Source: Casimicrobiaceae bacterium (GTDB lineage Bacteria > Pseudomonadota > Gammaproteobacteria > Burkholderiales > Casimicrobiaceae). From it: a DNA stretch of 36,910 nt. The position numbers and the translations under genes are program-made. Positions 1 to 13,221 of the stretch are shown piece after piece. The stretch spans positions 1-36,910 of the forward strand of contig DASSVX010000201.1 in the NCBI GenBank assembly GCA_035705655.1, read 5' to 3'. The notes beneath the pieces are model-generated. The model was not told where the DNA came from. It made no database searches and saw only the letters and a list, made by a program, of their open reading frames with translations. How positions within the stretch are numbered: the stretch's first letter is position 1; every line of letters starts with the position of its first letter.

Positions 1-194
1 GCATGCGCTGCGTCGCCATCGGCGAGTGCGGCCACGCGCGGCCGAAAGCGCCGGCACAGCCCGAGAAGCTTCGCATGATTGCGATTCGCGGCGAGTGCCG
101 CGACGCTGAAGCGCTCGGGGTGCCGGGCGACGACGTCGAGCGTCGAATCGCCGATCGAGCCGGTAGCGCCGAGAAGCGCGAGCGTACGGTGCAT
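1..194 (-). CDS. dxr: 1-deoxy-D-xylulose 5-phosphate reductoisomerase, 5' part (runs off the window)
   Basis: Manual translation from ATG 194: [37 protein letters not shown], containing the LGxTGSIG motif. TGATG overlap with the cdsA stop. Not in the ORF track. Confidence 0.95.
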   Translation of the reverse strand, partial: MHRTLALLGATGSIGDSTLDVVARHPERFSVAALAANRNHAKLLGLCRRFRPRVAALADGDAAH

Positions 195-1075
195 CACGCC
201 GCTCCGAGAAAGACCGTTGCCGCGAGCGCGACGGGCGGCATCGCGGCAAGGAGCGCATCGGTGCGATCGAGGACGCCACCGTGTCCGGGAAGGATCGCGC
301 CGCTGTCCTTGACCCCCGCGCGGCGCTTCAGAAGCGATTCGTGAAGATCGCCGACGACCGACAGTGCGGCGAGCGCGATGGCGAACGCGACCCACGCCAC
401 GATTGCACGCGCATCGAAGCCACCCTCGTATCCGGCGCGCCGCGCGAGCGGCAGCAACAGCAGCGCGTACACGGCAACGGCGAGGAGCGCGCCGTGGACG
501 CCCTCCCACGTCTTGCCGGGACTGATCTGCGGAGCAAGCTTGCGCCGTCCGAAGCGGCGACCGGCGAAATAGGCGGCGGTATCTGCAAGCCAGACGATCG
601 CCATCGCAGCAAGTGCGAGCCACGGCGAGCGGTCCTGCAGCGCGACGATGGCGACGAACGCGCCCTCGAGCATCACGAATGCGGACACCGCGCGCACGAG
701 CACCGAGGCAGGCTGCCAGTTGCGCAGCACGGAGGGCACGCCGACGACGAGCCAGAACAGTGTCGCGGCACCGCAGGCGAGCGCTACGACCGGGTCGAAG
801 CCGCGCAATGCGCCCAACCGCAGCAGTGCGCAACCGGCGGCGAGAACCGCGATCACGAAACCGGTGCGTGCGCCATCGGCAAGGCCGATCAGCTTCGCCC
901 ATTCGCTCGCCGCGACGAGCACGATCAAAAGGACGACCCCGCCGAACACGAGCGTGGGCAGCAGCAGCAGCGCTGCCAGGATGGCGGCGATGAGGACGAT
1001 GCCGGTGGCGATACGCGTGGCCAGAGCGGAAGCCAAGGCGGTCCTTGCAAATGGCTCGATGGCAACGGGCGCCAC
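194..1075 (-). CDS. cdsA: Phosphatidate cytidylyltransferase
   Basis: C-terminal part of ORF 194..1483 with ISPGKTWEG and [22 protein letters not shown] motifs, multi-TM. Start uncertain; the GTG at 1075, just after the uppS stop, was chosen. Confidence 0.93.
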   Translation of the reverse strand: MAPVAIEPFARTALASALATRIATGIVLIAAILAALLLLPTLVFGGVVLLIVLVAASEWAKLIGLADGARTGFVIAVLAAGCALLRLGALRGFDPVVALACGAATLFWLVVGVPSVLRNWQPASVLVRAVSAFVMLEGAFVAIVALQDRSPWLALAAMAIVWLADTAAYFAGRRFGRRKLAPQISPGKTWEGVHGALLAVAVYALLLLPLARRAGYEGGFDARAIVAWVAFAIALAALSVVGDLHESLLKRRAGVKDSGAILPGHGGVLDRTDALLAAMPPVALAATVFLGAA

Positions 1076-1088
1076 GCGTGAGCGGCCG

Positions 1089-1898
1089 CTAGGCGTCCTG
1101 CGCCTGCACGCGCTGGGGCAGCCGTGCCTCGATCTGCGCATCGTTTTGCGCCTGCACCTGCTCGCTCGTGCGCCCGAAGCGGCGTTCACGCCCGGCGTAC
1201 GACGCGATGGCGGCTGCGAGCGCGCTCGCGTCGAAATCGGGCCACAGCAGATCGGTGAAATAGAGCTCCGTATAGGCGAGCTGCCACAGCAGGAAGTTGG
1301 AGATCCGCTTCTCGCCGCCCGTGCGGATGAAGAGGTCGGGCTCGGGTGCGTACGCCATCGCGAGATAAGGCTCAAGCACTTCGGGCACGAAGGCGCGCGC
1401 GCTCGCCGGCGCGTCGGCATTCGCGGCGAAATAGCGCCGCGCCGCCTGCGCGATGTCCCAGCGGCCGCCGTAATTCGCCGCAACGGTCAGCGTGAGCCGC
1501 GTGTTGTTCGCGGTGAGGCTTTCGCCGGCCGCGACCAGGTCGCGAATGCGCGGGTCGAAGCGCGACGTGTCGCCGACCACCTTGAAGCGGATGCCGTTCT
1601 TGTGCAGCTTCGCGACTTCGGCCTCGAGCGCGCGCGTGAACAGCTCCATCAGGATCGAGACTTCCTCGGCGGGGCGGCGCCAGTTCTCGCTCGAGAACGC
1701 GAACAGCGTCAGGTATTCGACACCGTGCTCGATCGAGGCGCGCACGGCAGCGCGGACGGCCTCGACGCCCTTGCGGTGGCCGGCCACGCGCGGCAGCAGG
1801 CGCCGGCTTGCCCAGCGGCCGTTGCCGTCCATGATGATGGCGACGTGCCGCGGCACGTCGCGCGACTCGGGAATGATGCGGGTGGAGCTCGTGAACAT
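1089..1898 (-). CDS. uppS: Undecaprenyl diphosphate synthase
   Basis: [24 protein letters not shown] and [16 protein letters not shown] motifs; lies between frr and cdsA. Confidence 0.97.
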   Translation of the reverse strand: MFTSSTRIIPESRDVPRHVAIIMDGNGRWASRRLLPRVAGHRKGVEAVRAAVRASIEHGVEYLTLFAFSSENWRRPAEEVSILMELFTRALEAEVAKLHKNGIRFKVVGDTSRFDPRIRDLVAAGESLTANNTRLTLTVAANYGGRWDIAQAARRYFAANADAPASARAFVPEVLEPYLAMAYAPEPDLFIRTGGEKRISNFLLWQLAYTELYFTDLLWPDFDASALAAAIASYAGRERRFGRTSEQVQAQNDAQIEARLPQRVQAQDA

Positions 1899-1932
1899 CG
1901 TTAGCGATCGAAGGTTGGGCGAAATCCGTGCA

Positions 1933-2490
1933 TCAGATGGCCATCAGGTCGGCTTCCTTGGCCTGCAGCAACCGGTCGACGTCGGCGACGAAGCGATCGG
2001 TCAGCTTCTGCAGCTCGTCGTGCGCGCGCCGCTCGTCGTCCTCGGAGCACTGCTTGTCCTTGAGGAGCTTCTTCAGCTGCTCGTTCGCGTCGCGACGCAC
2101 GTTGCGCACGGCGATCTTCGCGGCCTCGGCCTCCTTGTGGACGACCTTGATCAATTCCTTGCGCCGCTCCTCGGTGAGTGCCGGCATCGGCACGCGGATC
2201 ATCTCCCCCGACGTCGCCGGATTGAGACCGAGATCGGAATCCCGGATCGCCTTTTCGACGGTCGGGATCATCTTCTTTTCCCATGGCGTGACGCCGATGG
2301 TGCGCGGGTCGGCGAGCGTGACGTTGGCGACCTGCGAAAGCGGCATCGACGAGCCGTAGTAATCGACGTGGATGTGGTCGAGCAGGCCGGTATGCGCGCG
2401 GCCCGTGCGCACCTTGGCGAGATCGGCCTTCAACGTCTCGATCGACCGCGCCATCTTCTGTTCGGCGGAGTTCCTGACGTCGCTGATCAT
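1933..2490 (-). CDS. frr: Ribosome recycling factor
   Basis: 185 aa; [29 protein letters not shown]; GGAGG SD at 2495-2499. Confidence 0.98.
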   Translation of the reverse strand: MISDVRNSAEQKMARSIETLKADLAKVRTGRAHTGLLDHIHVDYYGSSMPLSQVANVTLADPRTIGVTPWEKKMIPTVEKAIRDSDLGLNPATSGEMIRVPMPALTEERRKELIKVVHKEAEAAKIAVRNVRRDANEQLKKLLKDKQCSEDDERRAHDELQKLTDRFVADVDRLLQAKEADLMAI

Positions 2491-2504
2491 GAAACCTCCA
2501 TCAT

Positions 2505-2579
2505 GGGGTCAGATACCAATTTCCCGAACGCCACCGGCGTGCGCCGTCGCAGCGCACCAGGGGAAATTGGTGTCTGACC
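2505..2579. repeat. REP/REPIN-like inverted repeat, family A (variant arms)
   Basis: GGTCAGATACCAATTTCCC (2507-2525) pairs with GGGAAATTGGTGTCTGACC (2561-2579), 18/19, with a 35-nt spacer. Confidence 0.8.
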
Positions 2580-2589
2580 TCCTCCAACT

Positions 2590-3366
2590 CTAACAATGCA
2601 CCAGCGTCCCCTCGTCCCCGCCCATCACCACGCGCTTGAGCGCACCGGGCACGAAGATCGAGAAGACCTTCAGCAGCATGTTCTGGTCGCGGCACAGCGC
2701 AAGCGCGGTCGCGTCCATCACCTTGAGATTCCTGACGATCGCCTCGTCGAACGTGAGCGTCGAGTAGCGCCGCGCGGTCTCGTCCTTCAGCGGATCGGAC
2801 GTGTAGACGCCGTCGACCTTCGTCGCCTTCAGCACGATGTCGACGCCCATCTCGCGCCCGCGCAGCGCCGCCGCCGTGTCGGTGGTGAAGAACGGGTTGC
2901 CGGTGCCGGCGGCGAAGATGACGACCTTGTGCTCTTCGAGATGCCGCAGCGCGCGCCCGCGGATATAAGGCTCGGCGACCTGGTCGATGCGAAGCGCCGA
3001 CTGCACGCGTGACTCGACGCCGGCGCGCCGCAGCGCGTCCTGCAACGCGAGCGCGTTCATCAGCGTGGCGAGCATGCCCATGTAGTCGGCCGTTGCGCGG
3101 TCCATGCCGGCGGCACCGGGTGCGACGCCGCGAAAGATGTTGCCGCCGCCGATCACGATGGCGACCTGCACGCCGAGACGAACGACCTCCGCGACCTCGG
3201 CGACGATCCGATCGATCGTCTCGCGCTCGATGCCGTAGCTGACGCTGCCCATCAGCGCTTCGCCGGACAGCTTGAGCAGAATGCGCCGGTAGGCCGGCGC
3301 GGGCGCCGCGGCGATTCCGGGAAGCGGCGCGATGGCCGCCGTGACCGCACTGTCGGGTGGGCTCAT
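2590..3366 (-). CDS. pyrH: Uridylate kinase
   Basis: [21 protein letters not shown] and [10 protein letters not shown] motifs. Confidence 0.98.
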   Translation of the reverse strand: MSPPDSAVTAAIAPLPGIAAAPAPAYRRILLKLSGEALMGSVSYGIERETIDRIVAEVAEVVRLGVQVAIVIGGGNIFRGVAPGAAGMDRATADYMGMLATLMNALALQDALRRAGVESRVQSALRIDQVAEPYIRGRALRHLEEHKVVIFAAGTGNPFFTTDTAAALRGREMGVDIVLKATKVDGVYTSDPLKDETARRYSTLTFDEAIVRNLKVMDATALALCRDQNMLLKVFSIFVPGALKRVVMGGDEGTLVHC

Positions 3367-3398
3367 CGAGGGCTCCGCGGGTGCCGTGGTGACGCGGG

Positions 3399-4277
3399 TC
3401 AGCTGCGGGTCATCGCGGCGACTTCGGCGGCAAAGTCGTCGTTGCGCTTCTCGATGCCTTCGCCCACGACGTAGAGAATGAAGCCGTTGACGCGCGCCCC
3501 TTGCGCCTGCACGAGCCTGCCCACGGTCTCCTTGTCGTTTTTCACGAACGGCTGGGGCAGCAACGTGACCTCCGCGAGGAACTTGGCGACTGCACCTTCT
3601 ACCATTTTTTCGACGATGTTGGCAGGCTTCCCCGACTCGGCGGCGCGCGCTGCCGCGATCGAGCGTTCCTTCTCGACGACGGCGCCCGGCACCTGCTCGC
3701 GGGAAACGGCGATCGGCTTGGTCGCGGCAATATGCATCGCGAGGTCCTTGCCGAGCGCCTCGTTGCCGCCGGTGTAGTCGACAAGCACGCCGATCCTGGT
3801 GCCGTGCACGTACGACGCGACGCGGCCCTCGGCGGCAAGCCGGACGAAGCGGCGCAACGCGATGTTCTCGCCGATCTTCTGCACCATCGCGATGCGGCGC
3901 GCCTCGACCGTGTCGCCCGAGGCGAGCGTGCGCCCGGCGAGCGCGTCGAGATCGGCCGGCTGCTCGCGCACGACGATCCGCGCGACCTCGTTCGCGAACG
4001 CGCGAAACTCGTCGTTCCTGGCGACGAAATCGGTCTCGCAGTTGACTTCGACCATCGCCGCCGTTCTTGCGTCGGCCGCAACCGCGATGCCGACGACGCC
4101 CTCTGCGGCGACCCGCGATGCCGCCTTGCTTGCCTTCGCGCCGCTGCGAATGCGCAACAGCTCCTCGGCCTTGCCGAGGTCACCGGCGGCTTCGGTCAGC
4201 GCCTTCTTGCATTCCATCATGCCCAGCCCGGTGCGCTGGCGCAGTTCCATCACCCTGCTTGCGGAAATTTCCGGCAT
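3399..4277 (-). CDS. tsf: Elongation factor Ts
   Basis: [16 protein letters not shown] and [13 protein letters not shown] 4277 lies 7 nt from a GGAG SD (4285-4288). Confidence 0.97.
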   Translation of the reverse strand: MPEISASRVMELRQRTGLGMMECKKALTEAAGDLGKAEELLRIRSGAKASKAASRVAAEGVVGIAVAADARTAAMVEVNCETDFVARNDEFRAFANEVARIVVREQPADLDALAGRTLASGDTVEARRIAMVQKIGENIALRRFVRLAAEGRVASYVHGTRIGVLVDYTGGNEALGKDLAMHIAATKPIAVSREQVPGAVVEKERSIAAARAAESGKPANIVEKMVEGAVAKFLAEVTLLPQPFVKNDKETVGRLVQAQGARVNGFILYVVGEGIEKRNDDFAAEVAAMTRS

Positions 4278-4397
4278 TCTCATGCTCCATCGTTCATTGC
4301 GCTCGAAACGGCGTGCGTTTCGACGGTGCCGCATGCGCTCGTGACGCAGCGGGTCGGCCGGCGAGGCGCGTGCAGCACCTCGTCCCGATGCAGACGC

Positions 4398-5132
4398 TCA
4401 GGCCGTTGCCTCGTCGACGAACTCGTCGCCGGTGGCGACGATCTCCTGGATCGTGCTGGTCTTGCCTTCGAGCACCGAGTCGGCGACGCCGCGCGCGTAG
4501 AGGCGGATCGCCCGGCTGGAATCGTCGTTGCCCGGGATCACGTAGTCGATCGGATCGGGATTGTGGTTGGTGTCGACGACCGCGACCAGCGGGATGCCGA
4601 GCTTCTTCGCCTCGGTGACAGCGATCTTGTGATAGCCGATGTCGATCACGAACACGGCGTCGGGCAGCGCATTCATGTCCTTGATGCCGCCGAGGCTCTT
4701 CTCGAGCTTGTCGAGCTCGCGCTGGTGCGAAAGCGCCTCGCGCTTCGACATGCGGTCGAATGTGCCGTCCTGCTTCATCGTCTCGAGATCCTTGAGCCGC
4801 TTGATCGACTGCTTGACCGTCTTGAAGTTCGACAGCATGCCGCCGAGCCAGCGATGGTCGACATAGGGCATCGCGCAGCGCTGCGCCTCCTCGGCGATGA
4901 TCTCGCGCGCCTGGCGCTTGGTGCCCACGAAGAGGATCGTGCCGCGATTCTGTGCGAGCTGGCGCACGTATTTCATCGCGTCGTTGTACATCGCCAGCGT
5001 CTTTTCGAGGTTGACGATGTGGATCTTGTTGCGCTGGCCGAAGATGTAGTCGGCCATCTTCGGGTTCCAGTAGCGGGTCTGGTGGCCGAAGTGAACGCCG
5101 GCCTCCAGCATTTGACGCATGGTTACGGACAT
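4398..5132 (-). CDS. rpsB: 30S ribosomal protein S2
   Basis: [26 protein letters not shown]...IPGNDD, the C-terminal part of ORF 4398..6899; GAGGAG SD. Confidence 0.98.
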   Translation of the reverse strand: MSVTMRQMLEAGVHFGHQTRYWNPKMADYIFGQRNKIHIVNLEKTLAMYNDAMKYVRQLAQNRGTILFVGTKRQAREIIAEEAQRCAMPYVDHRWLGGMLSNFKTVKQSIKRLKDLETMKQDGTFDRMSKREALSHQRELDKLEKSLGGIKDMNALPDAVFVIDIGYHKIAVTEAKKLGIPLVAVVDTNHNPDPIDYVIPGNDDSSRAIRLYARGVADSVLEGKTSTIQEIVATGDEFVDEATA

Positions 5133-5144
5133 GCTGTACTCCTC

Positions 5145-5235
5145 TGTCAGGGTTGACCTCCACCGGCGGATTGCGCTCGCGCCGCGTGCATTTCGCGGCT
5201 GACGACACCCTGAAACGCCGGTGTGCGATGTGGAA
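5145..5235 (-). ncRNA. rpsB leader (S2 autoregulatory / t44-like RNA)
   Basis: Minus strand reads CACAUCGCACAC...GGGUGUC...GUGGAGGUCAACCC directly upstream of the rpsB SD, matching the GGGUG / UGGAGG-AACCC pattern of proteobacterial S2 leaders. Boundaries approximate. Confidence 0.75.
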
Positions 5236-5388
5236 GACGCGGCCGCTTCGCCTGCGTCTGCCCGGGATTGCGCCGTTTCGCCGCCTCCCGATTCGCGGAA
5301 CGATTCGGGAGTGCGTGCGTGAGGGCGCATGTGACCGGCGTCGCGCGTCACTTTCAATCGACGTAAACCACGGCGCCGGCAACTCGTT

Positions 5389-5397
5389 ATTCTAGCA
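5389..5397 (-). promoter_or_regulatory. Extended -10 promoter for rpsB-tsf
   Basis: TGCTAGAAT (TGn-TAGAAT) on the minus strand about 250 nt upstream of rpsB. Confidence 0.55.
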
Positions 5398-5477
5398 TGC
5401 GGAACGTACTCGCCGGCACCCCGGCACGGCGCCGCGCCGGGCCCGCCGCAACGCTTGCTCCCACCCCACCTGACGCC

Positions 5478-6467
5478 ATGACACCGCCCGCACCTGCCGC
5501 ATGCAACCATACCGGTTGGAGCGTGCTGCGCGTATCCGGCGACGATGCGCTCGCGTTCCTGCATGCGCAGTTGTCGAGCGACGTGCAGGCGCTCGCGCCG
5601 GGCGAAGGCCAGTACTGGTGCTACAACTCGCCGAAGGGCCGCATGCTTGCGAACGGCGTGCTGTGGCGAGCGCCGGCCGACGTGCCGGACGCGGCGATCA
5701 CTCTCCTCCTCGCCGGCGATGTCGCCGGCGCGATCCGGCGGCGCCTCGCGATGTTCGTGCTGCGCGCGAAGGTGCGCCTCGATGACGCGAGCGCAACGTC
5801 GATGCTGATCGGCATCGCGGGTGACGGAAGCGCCGACGCGTCGAGGCAGGCGTTCGGCGTGTCGCCTCCGCCCGGCCGCGCGGTTGCGTTCGCGGGCGGC
5901 GCGAGCGCGTTCACGCTGCCCGATCGACGCATCGCCATCGTGGCGCCGCAGGCGGAACGCCCCGTGCTGCACGCCGCGCTCGCGCGGCATGCGAGTGTGG
6001 TCACCAACGACGTGTGGCGCTGGTTCGGCGTCGCGGCGGGCGTCCCGTGGATCACGGCGGCGACATCCGATCTTTTCGTGCCGCAGATGGCGAACTGGGA
6101 CCTGCTCGGCGGCGTCAGCTTCCGCAAGGGCTGCTATCCGGGACAGGAAATCGTCGCGCGAATGCAATATCTCGGCAGGCTCAAGGAACGTCTTTTCGCC
6201 TTCCACGCCGATGCGCTCGACGCGGTGCCGGGAACGCGGCTCTACTCGGCCGCATTCGGGGCGGAACAGGCGTGCGGAACGGTCGTCAACGCGGCGCCCG
6301 ATCTCGTCGCCGGTGGCGTCGCGCTGCTCGCGGTCGTGCAACTCGCCGCCGTCGATGCAAATGACGTCGCACTGGGCGAACCGGGCGGCGCCCGCCTCGT
6401 GCGGCGAGGCCTGCCGTACGACGTGCCCGCCGGCGCGCCCGGCGCCGCACCGCGCCCGAGCGGCTGA
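5478..6467 (+). CDS. ygfZ: Folate-binding Fe-S/tRNA-modification factor YgfZ
   Basis: KGCYPGQE signature, [20 protein letters not shown]. Start 5478 preferred over 5397. Confidence 0.93.
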   Translation: MTPPAPAACNHTGWSVLRVSGDDALAFLHAQLSSDVQALAPGEGQYWCYNSPKGRMLANGVLWRAPADVPDAAITLLLAGDVAGAIRRRLAMFVLRAKVRLDDASATSMLIGIAGDGSADASRQAFGVSPPPGRAVAFAGGASAFTLPDRRIAIVAPQAERPVLHAALARHASVVTNDVWRWFGVAAGVPWITAATSDLFVPQMANWDLLGGVSFRKGCYPGQEIVARMQYLGRLKERLFAFHADALDAVPGTRLYSAAFGAEQACGTVVNAAPDLVAGGVALLAVVQLAAVDANDVALGEPGGARLVRRGLPYDVPAGAPGAAPRPSG

Positions 6468-6470
6468 ATC

Positions 6471-7313
6471 ATGTGCCTCGCCGTCATCGCGCTCGATGCG
6501 CATCCGCGATACGCCGTCGTCATCGCGGCCAATCGCGACGAGTTCCACGCGCGTCCTTCGGCGCCCGCGCACTGGTGGACCGGCGCTCATGGCAACGCGC
6601 TTCTCGCCGGGCGCGACCTCGAGCATGGGGGAACATGGCTCGGTGTCGCACGCAACGGCCGCTTCGCGTTCGTCACCAACGTGCGCGAGCCGGGCCGCCA
6701 CGATCCGGGCGCTCCCTCGCGTGGCGTGCTCGTGCCCGCGCTCCTTGCCGATCCGCGCCCGATCGGCGTCGCGTTGCAGGAGCTGATCGCCGACGCGCGC
6801 GGCTATAACGGCTTCAACCTCGTCGCGGCCGACACTGCGGGCGCGGCCTTCGGCTCCAACCGAGGCGCGCACACCGTCCCGCTCGGACGCGGACTGCATG
6901 GCGTCTCCAACGCCGGACTCGACACGCCGTGGCCGAAGCTCGTCCGTGCGAAGGCCGGCCTTGCCGCATGGATTGCGGCGGACGACGACACGCCCGATCC
7001 ACTATGGCAAGTGCTGGCCGACCCGACACCCGCCGCGGACGACGAACTGCCGGACACGGGGTTGCCGCGCGAGCGGGAGCGCCTTTTGTCGTCGCCGTTC
7101 ATCATGAGCGAAACCTACGGCACCCGCTGCTCGACCCTCGTGACCATAGCGCGCGACGGGCAGGTGGAGTTCAGCGAGCGCAGCTTCGATGCCGCGGGCA
7201 CGACGCGCGGCGAGGCTCGCTTCCACTTTCGCCTCGATCAGAGTGCGCGCTCCATCACGCAATGCGCGATGCCGGCTTCGTCGAACACGTCGCCGCGGGC
7301 GACGAACCCGTAA
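6471..7313 (+). CDS. NRDE / TANGO2 family protein
   Basis: MCL start, [26 protein letters not shown]. Confidence 0.93.
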   Translation: MCLAVIALDAHPRYAVVIAANRDEFHARPSAPAHWWTGAHGNALLAGRDLEHGGTWLGVARNGRFAFVTNVREPGRHDPGAPSRGVLVPALLADPRPIGVALQELIADARGYNGFNLVAADTAGAAFGSNRGAHTVPLGRGLHGVSNAGLDTPWPKLVRAKAGLAAWIAADDDTPDPLWQVLADPTPAADDELPDTGLPRERERLLSSPFIMSETYGTRCSTLVTIARDGQVEFSERSFDAAGTTRGEARFHFRLDQSARSITQCAMPASSNTSPRATNP

Positions 7314-7659
7314 CGCGCGTAAAACGGCATTGCGGCCACCTGCGCGTTCAGCATCACGCGCGGCGCGCCGCGTGCACGCGCCGCGTCGACGAGCCGTTGC
7401 AACAGCGCGCTCCCGACACCGCAGCCGCGCCACGGCGCGAGCACGGCCACCCGCCCGATATGCCCGTCGGGCAGGAGCCGCGCGCAGCCGATCGGCTCGC
7501 CCGACGTGTCCGTCGCGAGCGCATGCAGCGACGTGGCGTCGGCAGCGTCCCATTCGAGCGACTCGGGCACCCGCTGCTCGACGACGAACACATCGTGGCG
7601 CACCTTGCGCAACGCGTCCGCCGCGTCGGTCCAGCCGCAGATGCCAACGGTGAATCGCT

Positions 7660-7663
<4 letters not shown>
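7238..7663 (-). CDS. GNAT family N-acetyltransferase (ElaA/YjcF-like)
   Basis: [45 protein letters not shown]; ATGA overlap with the ldcA stop. Confidence 0.9.
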
Positions 7664-9408
<1,745 letters not shown>

Positions 9409-9460
9409 TGGACCACTCTCCGCACTTCGTGCTGCGGGGCCGATTGCAAAAAGGCCGGCT

Positions 9461-11122
9461 TCATTCCCATTCGATCGTCGCCGGCGGCTTGCTCGACACG
9501 TCGTAGACGACGCGGTTGATCCCGCGCACCTCGTTGGTGATTCGATTGCTGATGCGAGCGAGCAGCGCGTGCGGCAGCGGCGCCCAGTCGGCCGTCATGA
9601 AATCGGTCGTCTGCACGGCGCGCAATGCAATCGCGTGCTCGTACGTGCGCCCGTCGCCCATGACGCCGACGGAGCGCACCGGCAGGAATACGGCAAAGGC
9701 CTGCGACACGGCGTCGTACCACGACTGCCCGGCGTCGTCGCGCGCGGCACGCAGTTCGTCGATGAAGATCGCGTCGGCCGCGCGCAGGATGTCGGCGCGC
9801 TCGCGCGTCACCTCGCCGGGAATGCGCACGCCGAGCCCGGGCCCGGGGAAGGGATGGCGGAACACCATGTCGCGCGGCAGGCCGAGCTCGAGGCCAAGCT
9901 TGCGCACCTCGTCCTTGAATAGCTCGCGCAGCGGCTCGAGCAGTTTCAGATGCAGCGTTTCGGGCAGGCCGCCGACGTTGTGATGCGACTTGATCGTGTG
10001 CGCGCTGCTGCCCTTCGCGGACGCCGATTCGATCACGTCCGGATAGATCGTGCCCTGCGCGAGCCATTTCGCATCGGTGAGCTTCGCCGCTTCGCGCTGG
10101 AACACGTCGACGAAGAGCCGCCCGATGATCTTGCGCTTGGCCTCGGGCTCGTCGACGCCGGCGAGAGCCGCGAGGAATTGGTTGCTCGCATCGACGTGAA
10201 CCACGCGCACGCCGAGGTGCATCGCGAACGTGTCCAGCACCTGCTCGGCCTCGTTCTGGCGCAAGAGGCCGTGGTCGACGAACACGCAGACGAGGCGATC
10301 GCCGATCGCGCGGTGGAGCAGCGCCGCCGCAACCGACGAATCGACGCCGCCGGAAAGCCCGAGCAGCACCTCATCGCCGCCCACCTTCGCCCGGATGGCG
10401 TCGACCGCCTCCGCCGCATATCCGTGCATTGTCCAGTCGTGGCCGCAGCCGCAGATGTCGTGCGCGAAACGCGCAAGCAGCGACGCGCCCTGCGGCGTAT
10501 GCGTGACTTCGGGATGGAACTGCACGCCATAGAAGCGCCGCGACTCGTCGGCCATCGCGGCGATCGTGCACGCATCCGACGAGCCGGCGAGCGTGAATCC
10601 CGGCGGCAGGCCGACGACCTTGTCGCCATGGCTCATCCACACGTCGAGCAGACCGTGGCCATCGGCATTGCGGCGGTCCTCGATGTCGCGCAACAGCGTG
10701 GTGTGCCCGCGCGCGCGCACCTCGGCACGTCCGAATTCGCGCACGCGCCCCGCTTCGACCTTGCCGCCGAGCTGCTCGGCCATCGTCTGCATGCCATAGC
10801 AGATGCCGAGCACGGGCACGCCGAGCGTCCACACCGCGGCCGGTGCGCGGGGCGTCTCACCGGTGGTGACGCTCGCCGGCCCCCCCGACAGCACGATGCC
10901 GCGCGCATCGAAAGCACGCACGAAGTCATCACCGACGGTCCACGGATGGATTTCGCAGTAAACGTCGGTTTCCCGGAGGCGCCGCGCGATGAGCTGCGTG
11001 TATTGCGCGCCGAAATCGAGGATCAGGATCCGGCAGTGCGGAAAAGTGGGGCCAGAGACGACTTTCGAACCCTGACGATGCAATTCGGCGGACGGCGATG
11101 CGGAAGTCGTCTCTGACCCCAC
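9461..11122 (-). CDS. guaA: GMP synthase (glutamine-hydrolysing)
   Basis: [43 protein letters not shown]. The only in-frame starts before ILILDFG are GTG 11122 and TTG 11083. Confidence 0.97.
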   Translation of the reverse strand: MGSETTSASPSAELHRQGSKVVSGPTFPHCRILILDFGAQYTQLIARRLRETDVYCEIHPWTVGDDFVRAFDARGIVLSGGPASVTTGETPRAPAAVWTLGVPVLGICYGMQTMAEQLGGKVEAGRVREFGRAEVRARGHTTLLRDIEDRRNADGHGLLDVWMSHGDKVVGLPPGFTLAGSSDACTIAAMADESRRFYGVQFHPEVTHTPQGASLLARFAHDICGCGHDWTMHGYAAEAVDAIRAKVGGDEVLLGLSGGVDSSVAAALLHRAIGDRLVCVFVDHGLLRQNEAEQVLDTFAMHLGVRVVHVDASNQFLAALAGVDEPEAKRKIIGRLFVDVFQREAAKLTDAKWLAQGTIYPDVIESASAKGSSAHTIKSHHNVGGLPETLHLKLLEPLRELFKDEVRKLGLELGLPRDMVFRHPFPGPGLGVRIPGEVTRERADILRAADAIFIDELRAARDDAGQSWYDAVSQAFAVFLPVRSVGVMGDGRTYEHAIALRAVQTTDFMTADWAPLPHALLARISNRITNEVRGINRVVYDVSSKPPATIEWE

Positions 11123-11124
11123 TT
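11044..11124. repeat. REP/REPIN-like inverted repeat, family A, overlapping the guaA 5' end
   Basis: AAGTGGGGCCAGAGACGACTTTCG (11044-11067) pairs with CGGAAGTCGTCTCTGACCCCACTT (11101-11124), 22/24, with a 33-nt spacer. Confidence 0.85.
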
Positions 11125-11126
11125 CT

Positions 11127-12665
<1,539 letters not shown>

Positions 12666-12700
12666 TCATGCCTGCGCGAGCCGGTCCACCGTTGGTTTGA

Positions 12701-12730
12701 TTGACGGCGAAGTGCCACGCGGGGTAACTT
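12701..12730 (+). promoter_or_regulatory. Possible sigma70 promoter for the DUF4124-like gene
   Basis: TTGACG-N18-TAACTT. Confidence 0.35.
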
Positions 12731-12758
12731 GCCAATGTCATAAATGCCGGGGTCGCCC

Positions 12759-13217
12759 ATGTCGCGCGCATCGCTTTACGCGTTCGCCGTTCTGTTGCTC
12801 GCCGCCGGTCATTCGGCGAGCGGTGCGGCCGCGCTCTACAAATGGACCGATGCGCAGGGACGCATCGTCTATTCCGACCAGCCGCCGCAGGCGAACGTCA
12901 AGACCGAGCAGCTCCGAGGCGCGCCGCCGCCCGCCAACCCGAACGCGGCGAAGGAGCTTGCGCAGCGCGAGGCCGATTTCAGGAAGCGCCAGGCCGATGC
13001 GGAGAAGGCCGCGGCCAAGGCGGGCAAGGAGAGCGCGAGCAGCGCCGACCATGCCGAGAGCTGCGCGCAGGCGAAAGGTCAGCTGAAGCAGCTCGCGGAG
13101 AGCCAGCTTGCGATCTATCGCTACAACGAGAAGGGCGAACGCGAGGTCATGGACGAGGATGCGCGCGGCCGCGAGCGCGCGAAGCTCAACGCATGGATTC
13201 GCGACAACAAGTGCTGA
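12759..13217 (+). CDS. Exported DUF4124-like protein
   Basis: Signal peptide followed by LYKWTDAQGRIVYSDQPP; helical C-terminus with two Cys. Alternative start 12744. Confidence 0.85.
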   Translation: MSRASLYAFAVLLLAAGHSASGAAALYKWTDAQGRIVYSDQPPQANVKTEQLRGAPPPANPNAAKELAQREADFRKRQADAEKAAAKAGKESASSADHAESCAQAKGQLKQLAESQLAIYRYNEKGEREVMDEDARGRERAKLNAWIRDNKC

Positions 13218-13221
13218 GGTC

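Noticed and set aside
4398-6899. Apparent fusions or giant N-terminal extensions (RpsB 833 aa; likewise HpnC 825 aa, Tmk 875 aa, GspK 480 aa)
   Set aside because: The extensions are open frames across neighbouring genes; conserved N-termini define internal starts.
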